A stretch of DNA of 63,743 bases, filler included, from Dirinaria sp. TL-2023a (lineage: Eukaryota), in assembly GCA_051941275.1 (NCBI GenBank). It is 5 parts of 5 records of this genome, joined end to end, with 100 filler letters (N's around TTAATTAATTAA, not from the genome) between each part and the next. Parts side by side here need not be neighbours in the genome. Positions count along the whole stretch, not along the records: positions 51,104 to 63,743 come from JAVEBF010000751.1; 4 more parts are not named here. One strand, given 5' to 3'. Positions 54,545 through 63,743 of the stretch are shown piece after piece. The notes beneath the pieces were generated by a model. That model had not been told where the DNA came from, searched no databases, and worked only from the letters and a program-made list of their open reading frames with translations. Position numbers and translations under genes: made by a program. Numbering within the stretch: the first letter of the stretch is position 1; each line of letters opens with the position of its first letter.

Positions 54545-55211
54545 GTTTGGGTGAAATTTTTGGCTCGGCCAATTGGCTCGCGCTCGACGAAGATCGCTTG
54601 GGGAAGATTTGGGACGCGGAGTGCGTAAACCACATAAAATTTAAGTACGAGAAATGCTCTGCAAGCGGGTCTACTACGAGAACACCGTACTGACAGAGGA
54701 CCAGATTATGCCAATGATGTAAAGGCGTCTTGGAATGCGCTCAAAGGGTTCGCGCGACAAGATAAAGAGCATCTTGAAAATCTCGACTAGTTGAATTGAA
54801 GAGCAAATTGAAGTATTTCTGCAAGCGATACGACATTACTCGTAACTGAATAGAAGGCTTAGCATCTGAAAATCCAATCTATCGAGATGATTAGCCTCTT
54901 CGATTCAGTCTCCAATTTACGGAGCTGATGCTGACTCCAGCTGCATTCGTTGTATATTAATGGCTGGTTTTGTCCTTTGCATCCTAGTGCTCGTCCTGGC
55001 GAAATCGTTTTTGAACTCCCTCGAGGAATTGCCTTTTTCAAGCACCAAAAATATACGAACCCGATATAAAAATCCAATTTGAACACGTTACTCTATCTGT
55101 ACGCCCACGGGATGCAGAGAATACCAAATGCTTCAGAAAGTGCACGCTTACAGGTTCAACCCCCAATGACCCTTACAATCGGCAATCTCAAACATTTACA
55201 ACAGTATCTAA

Positions 55212-58200
55212 TTAGCCCCCGATCAGTCTCCTCAGGCTGCCATGTCTTCTACCGATCAAATCTGTAAAACGTCCGCTTTCAACAACACTGCCGCCTTCTA
55301 GTACTACGCACTCAACGCACGTCCTCATCATCTCAGTTGCGTGGGTCACAACCAGACATCCAATATTCACTTTCTCAAGCTTCTGCACGAGGGTGTAGAT
55401 GCCTCTCGCTGACTCTCCATCTAGCGCGCTGGTCGCTTCGTCCATGATCAAGAGCTCCGGCCTCCGCACAACAGCCCGTGCGATCGCAAGCCGTTGTGCT
55501 TGACCACCGCTAAGACCAGACCCTCCGTCGCCAATGAGTGTGTTGTAGCCTTGCGGGAGAGACATGATAAACTCATCGATACCGGCAGACACGGCAGCAG
55601 CTTGAATGAGGCGAAATGTAGCCATTGGCGATCTTTCAGGTAATCCGTATGCGATGTTCTGAGCAACAGTAGCGGCAAATAAAGTAGGCGACTGTGGTAC
55701 GACTGCGATCAGGTTCCTCAGCGTGGGAAGATGCAGCGCATTTATCGGAAAAGATGCTATCTTTATCGTGCCAGAGCTTGGTGGGTAGAGACCCAAAAGC
55801 AGCGAAGCGATGGTTGATTTGCCACAGCCGGAGGAGCCTACTAAAGAGGTACTGGAGTGTGGATCCACGGTAAGTTTTAAGGACTTCAGGACTGAGGTAT
55901 CAGGTCGACTGGGATACGAGAAACAGACGCCGCTGAATTCGATCGGACCAAGTTTCGGCAGACGAACATTTCCAGCATGTTCATGTGATTGATGGAAAGG
56001 AAGATTTGCTAGTCGCAGAAGACGCGTAGCAGTATCCTGAGCAGAACCGATCTGTGGAACTGTGCATGGGTCAGTAACCGGAGCCTATGCCTCCCTAATG
56101 ACTACTTACTGAAAGCGACAAGATTGTTTGCATTTGCGATGCTAAAGAGGAGCATTGTAAAGACGGTAAGAATATCCTGTACGCTGTAACCGCCTGAAGA
56201 AGCAACAACGGCACCGTAATAGAAAATGAGGGCTGCAGAAGTCATAAGCCTAGCTCCTTTGAATTTGTAAGGTTATTCTCACCAGTGATGAAGATGATTC
56301 CCGAATCGGATATACCAAAGAATAATCCTGACAGTACTGACCTTTTGATACCAACTTTAAGACATTTATCCGTGGCTTTGGCATATTTCTCATGGAAGTG
56401 CCTTTCTAAAGTCAAGGCTCGTACGGTTCTGATGTTTCCGAAGGTTTCGGTGAAGATGGAGTTCGCCACCATGCCGGCACCGTTGCTCTTCCCCTCCCAC
56501 TTACCACTGACAGTCTCAAAGGCTTGACTGACGGCATACATGGCTGGTGCACATGCAAGACCAACCAAAGTTAGCTTCCAACATAAAACGAGACTCCAAA
56601 TTATAGCCATCGTCAACATTAGGATAGCAACAAATACAAAAGCTGCAAATCTTCCCAGCAAATTCCTCATCTCTTCCGCGTTTCGATCCAGGCACTCGAT
56701 GAGCTCGGTCAATTTGTTCTTGTCCAAATCAAACCATTCACGGGGCTGATCTAGAACTCTTTTCATCGCTTGCACGCGCAGGGTGTCGATCCAGGCCTGG
56801 CCACAATATTCGAGCAGATAATGAAGGAAGTAGGACGCAGTTGAGTCAACCGCGGCTACGCCGAGAACAGACAATGACCATTTTAGAGCCTTCGTTGCCC
56901 GCTCGTTCTGCGGGAGGAAGAACGTTCCAAGAAGCTTTGCAAACACCCAAGAGAACATGGGCGTTGCGGCGGCATGGACAGCTGCACAAGCAAATCCGCA
57001 AAGGAGTATCATACGCTTTCGCCACGTCAAATTGGGCCAAACAGTGTACAAGATCCTCTTCAGCGACATAACCTGCTGCGGTTTTTCTTGGGCTGATGAA
57101 TTTGTCAGTTCGCAACTGGCAATACTGATGGAGCTGGCGACGGATCCTCGTGTCAACAAGCCCTGAGAATCTGATTTTCTCCGGGCACCGGTGCTTACTC
57201 CACTAAGTTCAAAATTCGTAGATAGTCGTTTCCCTTCAGGCATTGTTGGGGATGTATGCGGGTGAAGTGGCTGGAATACAGAAGCTTTTCGTCGAGTAGG
57301 TAGGGCGGACATGCGGTGCATGGGGAAAGCCATAGGAGAGAGTGGCGACACAGGACCCTGCAAAGCTTTTCCCTGCCTGGAATCCTTTGGACCGGGGCCA
57401 AAAACGCTGGGTATGGACAACCGCCGAGGGTGGAATCGAATGTCCATAGGGTCTGCTTCGTCGACTGGAGACACAGGAGAAGGTGGTGACCTGGCACTGC
57501 CATCGAAAGGATTTGACGGACTGCGTGGAGCCCCATTACCCATGCTTCCGTAGGTTGAGAATCTCAATTCTGGCTGCAAGAGGCGTTCGAATGCACTTGT
57601 CTCAACGCCTTCCAACGCACGCCTGAACCCTTCTTGGACTATTCTTCCATTGTCCATGACATATACGTAGTCGTCATCCTTAACCTGTGACATATCATGT
57701 GTAATTATAATGGTTGTCTTTCCTCGTCGCCATTGCCTTATGGCATCGGTGACAATTGTCCTACTGATATGATCCAGCGCGCTGGTACCCTCATCGATCA
57801 CCAGTATCGGTGTGTCCCTAAGTCGTGCTCTAGCTATTGCCACCCTTTGCTTCTGTCCACCGCTCAACGCGCTACCGCCGAATCCGACAACAGTATCTAA
57901 CCCGTGCGGTAGCTCCTTGACGGTATGCTGTAGGTAGGCTGTCTGCATGGATGATTTGACTTCTTCCCTACTGACTCGATCGTGATCTCTGCGTCCAAAT
58001 GCGATGTTCTTGAATAGAGTCTCATTAAACAACACACTCTGCTGCTGGACCAGTGTGATATTGTTTCGAAGCCAGTTCATGTCCAGAGTTTGTATGGGGT
58101 TACCATCGACGAGTATATCGCCAGACCTCGGTTTGTAGAACCGTAGCAAAAGGTTGCCGATCGTGCTCTTGCCCGAGCCACTTCTACCGACTATAAAGGT

Positions 58201-59500
58201 CGTTTCACGAGCTGAAAAGAAGAAGCTTGAACAATCCAAGGCAAGATGATCAGGTCGAGCGGGGTACCTAAAGGAAAGCTTTCCAGATCAGACAGCGTCG
58301 ATATGGATATTTCGATAACTTACGTCGTGAATTTGAATGTCTCCTTCACAATATTCTGGTGACTTGCGGCCGAGCATCTCGACAACTTGGCGGCCAGTCT
58401 CCATCCGCATCAACGTGGCCCGCAGCGTAGCGCCTGCAGCTCTTCCTTTCTCAAGAACAATGATCTGTGGTAATATCTGCTCAACCGTCTGCGTAGCCAT
58501 CAGACAAGCCCAGAACGCTGTGAGCACGGCACCAGGCGTCTTCTTGCCCGTGTTGACCAGATGTGTACCGTACCAAAACCCTTGCACAAACATGCTCAAT
58601 GTGACGAAGCGGACGAAGCCGATCTGCAAAGCGTTGGATCGAGCCTGGCGAAGGTAAAATATGGCAGCATTCTTGACCGCGCTGGCGTACTGCCATGCCT
58701 CCCAGTCTTGCCCGTTGTAGCATTTGACTGTCTCGATTGACGAGATTGAACTGTTTGCCAGCTTTGAGGCTCTCGTAAGCTCTTGAAGATGGCCATTCAC
58801 TGTTGGCTGCATTCCAGCAGACAATTTTCCCAGAATCACGGCAGCGAACGGCACTGTGCTGAGCGTGATAAGTGTCAAGTCCCAGGAATAATAAAGGGCT
58901 AGACCGAAGGCTGCGACAGTGGTGACTGTGTACTGCACAGTAAAACCAAGTGGTTGCGAAGTCGCGAGTTGGAGCTCTCGGGTCTGCCTGGAATGCGCGT
59001 TAGAGACTATTGGTTCGAAAGGATGTGGAAACTCACGTCTGCAATCGAGATAGCAATGTATTGACACCAGATTTTCGCATATCAAACCATTCCAGATCTT
59101 TCTCCAGCAGGCCATCGAACAGCTTATCCCGCACGCTTTTAGCTTGAAGCTCTCCGTAGAGCAGCCAGAAGCCGAAGTAGCTGGCGTTGAGCACTATGAC
59201 GCCCACGCCGAGACCGACGAGATATAGCCCGTATCGAGAAATCTTATGTACAAGTTCGTGCCCTGAGATAGACCCTCCTCCATATTTGGTGAACAGATCG
59301 AAGAGCTTCCCCAGGAAGACGGCAAGCGCAGGAACGACAATACCAGATATTACTGAAAGTGCGATTGCCGCGATCACCGGGAAAAGGTGCGCTTTTGTCG
59401 TAAAGTTGAAGAGTGCGCGCCAGCTAGCTTTTTTGCCAGTATCCTGCACTTCTTGAAGACCAGCTTCATGGAAAGCCAGATCGTCGGCAACGTCGTCCAT
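55212..59500 (-). CDS. STE6: ABCB full transporter, a-factor pheromone exporter Ste6/Hst6-like (multi-exon)
   Basis: TMD-NBD-TMD-NBD layout. GRSGSGKST/LSGGQKQR and GSSGCGKST/LSGGQAQR. Ste6-type segments RELQLATSQPLG and LDRNAEEMRNLLGRF. Confidence 0.88.
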
Positions 59501-60048
59501 GGGTGGCCTGTGTTCTCCAGGTCGCGCCAAAATTAGTGTACGATGCGATTTTGTAGGTGAAGAGCTTCATATTCCGGGTATGAAAGCGCATCAAACGCGA
59601 TGGTCGAGGTCGAAAATAGTCTCTTACATGATGAACGGTATCATTCAATTTTGAAATATTTCGTTAACGACAACGAAGCACGGTGTGTGAATTGCTTCCA
59701 GAAGTTGAGAACAAGGAGATGAAAGAACTGGGCGTGGTGAAGGCTTAGTATTGTTGTTGGACGAATTCCGCTAAACAACAACACAACCCAATCGCCAGGG
59801 ATACATTTCGAACATCGAAAAAATTTTCACAATTATGATAATACCATAGCAAGGCGAAGTATTTTGAAAAATTACATCAAAGCCAAAGCTATCGGCGCTC
59901 GAGAGGATGTAGCCTAACTTTGCTACAGTACATGGCTGAGGATGATATTGGAGGGAAACTTTGATTTCATTGCGTGTAGGGAAAGCTACCACGTACTGGT
60001 ATTCTTTTGAGGGCGAAATAATTTGCACTTCGATGAGCGCATGGCTGG

Positions 60049-60731
60049 TCAAGGCTTGCTAGATGCCTCATTAGGATGTTCGCGTTCATATATCCAATCG
60101 TTCAAACCGGCTCGATTCCTGAGCGTGTCAGTCTTAAATATCCATGATCAGCGAGAGCATAGTGGATACCGTGAGATCTCTATAGCGTAGAATTGCATGC
60201 GCATCGCTGTATCTGATGAGCATGACTATCGCCGTTGAGTCATCCTCACGACGCACCAAAAATGGTCTCTTTCTCTCCATATTCGAATTTGGGGTTGCTC
60301 CTCAGCATTGTGCCAAAGTTGTAGTCCTCCACTATCTTCTCATATTTCATCATCCAATTGCGCCATTTTTCCTTGCCTTCTTTGCTCTTCATTTTGTCCT
60401 CGTCGATTGTCTCGCTGACATCGAATTCCGGAAACTCCTGCTTAAAATTGTCGTAGATATCGTCATCCATTTTTGTGAGGCGTAGTTTTGACCCTCGAAT
60501 GCCTTCGAGCAGCTTCCAGTAGGTCATCATATGTTCGACGGCTGAACGCGTTGTGAGCGGGCGAGATTCTGGTGGAGGATTTTGGGCGGACCTTTGACAG
60601 CGAATTGCTTCTCCATCTGCAAGATGTTAATATGGAAGAGCTATATGTTCATCGACTAGAGAAGCTTGTACATCCTCGAAATTCTCCGCCTGTTCCGGGT
60701 TCATGCTCAAGCCTGCCGGACCGAGAGACAT
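60049..60731 (-). CDS. PBDC1: PBDC1 / polysaccharide biosynthesis domain protein (multi-exon)
   Basis: AENFED|MEKQFAVK, LRLTKMDDDIY, KEKWRNW, DYNFGTMLR, RMQFYAIEI|RNRAGLND. Confidence 0.88.
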
Positions 60732-61368
60732 GGCTGCGACTGCAGATGAGAAGTGAATGAGAAACCAGTAAAAGATATTGTATCTCCAAAAATTGTCGGG
60801 TTTGAGCAAGATTCTAGAACCTAAAGCGCAGACTATTAATAATATTATTGAGTTGGAATAGATTTCGGTGACAACAGACACAGGGTTCGCTCGGCTACAG
60901 TACGCCACAGATGATAGTCCAGCCTCAACAAATCAGGCAAGGTACTCAAGCTCTTCATGTTCTCGTATTCATCTTGATCAATCAATTGCAGCTACATCTA
61001 ATAGCGGGCCAAATCCGAATGATAGCTTTAAGCTTCTACACTACTACAATCCAGCTTCGCAGTCGATCAATGTCTCATCCGAGTTCATACTCGAACGAAG
61101 ATCAAACCGACGCCTCAAACATATTGGCGCAAGTATGTTTGTTCCATCACCCTCCAAATCCGACTACAAGGCTGCAATTGCCTTCCTTGGCTCGGGGTTC
61201 TGTGGTAAGGTCTGGGTTCGCTTCAGGATTCGGCCGACGTGAACGGTTTTGATAGTCCTGTGATTGCACTGGCAGTACGGTATTTGCCGCCATCTTCAAG
61301 GCCTTGGATCAGGAAACGATTTGCCAATTCGATCTATTTTTTGTGAGATCGCCCAAGTGCATGCTGCT

Positions 61369-63388
61369 TCAGCCCTTCTTGCGCCTTTTAGGGGTCCTCT
61401 CCATAGTGTTCTGTTCTGGAACATCTTTTTCTGAACTCGCATGCTCGCCTTGTTCAATAGATTCATTAGGTCGCTTTCGAATGCCACCCATCTCGCCCAA
61501 TGCTCCTTTCCGGCCCTCGACGCCTTGGGGAGCATCCTTGTCTTGATTTTCAACGACTGGCGGAGGCGTATACCATGGAAGCTTGCCTCGTAGAAAATCA
61601 CTCAGAACCATTCTCGCTACTCCACTTACGTCTGGCTCTCCGCCCTTGAGTAGTCGGCCCCCTTTTCTGGCCAGCATCTCCAAGAATTCCGCGGAGGTAC
61701 TAGCACCTTTTATGTCATACGTACGTTCGATATGCTGTGGTTTAGTCCTCTCCAGAACAGCATCAATGTATTGCTCCGGATTCTCCAGCTTCTCAACCCT
61801 AACCACGCCTCTAAGCAGAATATCTTGAGGAGTGTCCTCGTTACTTGGTGGAACTACTCCCGGACAGTCGATCAGGTATATTCGTTTCATAAGCGTTATG
61901 TACTGCCAAACCTTCGTAGAACCTGGTATAGGCTCCACGCTACAGACCTTCTTTTTGCGCAAGGTATTGATGATTGAAGATTTCCCTGTGTTCGGATAAC
62001 CTATCATTCCCACGGATATTTGTTTGCGATTAGAGTGCAGAGAGCTGAATTGTCGTAAAAGCTGTATCAGGGAACCTTTGCCGAAGGAATTTGTGATAGA
62101 AGCGTGGAAAGCAAGTGTAGGGTACTCTTTAGAGAGAGCACGCACCCATGAAGCCTGCGATCGATATTAGAAGCCACTTCGACCTCAGAGTTAAGATTCG
62201 TGGCATGTATGAAGCATTACTAAGAAAGCCGCCACGTAGCTACTGCTAGTGCAGTAGAGGAGGCATTCAACTCAAACGCAGCATCTCCAGATCCTGTTCG
62301 ACTGACTCCCATAACGGAGAGCCTGTCTACCCCAGGCCTAGACCAAGAGTGGCGGATGAGGAATCAATCTACCCAGGCTGTAACAGATCACCATCCATGA
62401 AACAATGCAAGAAAATGCGGGAAGGAGTCTTGACTTAGCAAGGGGGATAGAAGAGACAGGAGTTAGGAAAGGAGCTCCTTGACTTACAGCAACTCCGGTA
62501 GGGACGAGATCGCACTTGTTGAGGACAAAAACTACATGCTTATGCGATGCTTCTTCTCGAATGTATTTCTCGATACTTCTGCAACGCGTTCCAATCGGGT
62601 CTCGAGCGTCCAGGACATGTATTACCACATCTGAAGAGTCGATGACTTTATAAAGCTCGTTCCATATGCGCTTGCTCTGCCCCTTGGAAAAGATTGGTTC
62701 GATAGCAGTAGAGACCACAGGATCCTCCTCCACTGCTTCCTCAATCGGCTCTTCGGTAGCAATATTCCCACTGAGCAGCTTCGCTTGTTCAAGGCGATCG
62801 CGGTAGGTATCGTGCATCTTGACCGTTTCCCCTGCCAAGTCTTCGAGTGATGCAACGCTGAGCTTCACCCGCTTCCTCTGCGCTTTTGGTCCAAAAGTAT
62901 CATTAAACGGGGCAGCCTCGACCTGCATCTTTGCTTGGTGCTCCTTGATCCCATTCTTTCCCTGCCCATCCCGAACAAGACTCATTGGTAGCTTATTCGA
63001 CTTTAGCAAGACCTGGTAAGGATCTGACGCTCGGTCTGCCATGGCCTCCCGAAATGAAGCTAGGGCGTCTTGAGAAATGACCCGCGTGTTGCCAAACCAT
63101 TTTCTGTTCGGCTCGACTCTAGCCTTTGGCTTTTCCCTAGATTGAAAGGAGGCGGCTTTGGTGATCTTCCCATCTGCATTACGTTGGGCATCGCCACCCT
63201 TGAACATATTCAGCGTCTTGGCTTTCTTCGCCGACCTGCAATTGTGTGAGCAAGGCCATCTCCAGCACCATTGTCATAAAAGTTTCCCACCGATAGAAGT
63301 TCTCGCCCTTCGTCCTGACATTGCTCATACCGTCCCCTGGCTTCCCCTGCTTCTCTCTGCGAGTCTTCTCCTTCTTTCCGGTACCCAT
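61369..63388 (-). CDS. NOG2: Nucleolar/nuclear pre-60S GTPase Nog2 (introns 63290-63236 and 62487-62155)
   Basis: [52 protein letters not shown]: a circularly permuted GTPase. Confidence 0.96.
62203..62450 (-). ncRNA. snR191: Intronic H/ACA snoRNA, snR191/U19 (SNORA74)-like
   Basis: Inside a 333-nt NOG2 intron. Guide halves AGTCA/GTTAC and GAGT/TAGT are complementary to LSU rRNA helix 69 (GUAACUAUGACUC). ACA box at 62208-62206, 14 nt after the start of TAGT. Confidence 0.82.
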
Positions 63389-63743
63389 TGCGAAGCCTGT
63401 GGAGCAGCGCTCCCGCGTCGACGAGATATATGCAACTGACGAAAAGTTCTAGATTGTGGTTTGAGATAACCTAGTCACTAGCGCGCCAAGATTTCGCAGG
63501 GTCTTGGCGCCAAATACGGCGGAAATGGAGGTTAAAGTATGATTCCATGCACTCCGCAAAACTTGTGTACAAGTACCACTGCGCCTGTTCTCATCTTGCA
63601 TGGTCATGCCGCCTCGAGTGAGCTCTAACCCTCAACTGCGGCCTCTGCGCCAGTCGTGTGTATGCCTCCGAAATCCGTATACACGCTGTCTTTCCACGAC
63701 ATCCACCTCCTTAGCCTCCATCCCCCCCGAATCGCCCCGATTC

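Noticed and set aside
63483..63511. 9-bp inverted repeat GCGCCAAGA/TCTTGGCGC upstream of NOG2
   Set aside because: Too short to distinguish from chance without conservation data.

Overview
Eukaryotic DNA from a filamentous ascomycete (Pezizomycotina-type GT-AG introns with CTAAC/CTGAC branch sites). It is not one locus. Five unrelated contigs of descending length (12700, 12697, 12662, 12644, 12640 bp) are joined by artificial N44-TTAATTAATTAA-N44 linkers. Contig 1: DHDPS-family aldolase, 2-hydroxyacid dehydrogenase, sugar porter, and a large protein with a HeLo-like N-terminus. Contig 2: partial SMP-30/lactonase, isochorismatase, GNAT, SMC5, and a frameshifted NLR relic. Contig 3: BUD4, MRH4, a fasciclin GPI protein, and a partial conserved fungal protein. 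Contig 4 is accessory-like: a complete HeLo-like/NACHT/ankyrin NLR with flanking repeats and two orphan coiled-coil genes. Contig 5: class II DAHP synthase, HYPK, STE6-like ABC exporter, PBDC1 and NOG2. Two non-coding signals stand out. (1) A candidate ~820-nt RNA polymerase III RNA on the minus strand at ~18290-17451, with a tRNA-like A/B-box head, two tandem copies of a multi-stem domain (UNCG loop, compensatory change) and a T15 terminator; I cannot assign it to a known family. (2) An H/ACA snoRNA (snR191/U19-like) inside a NOG2 intron. Exon boundaries were read by eye, and all family calls come from motif recognition, not database searches.
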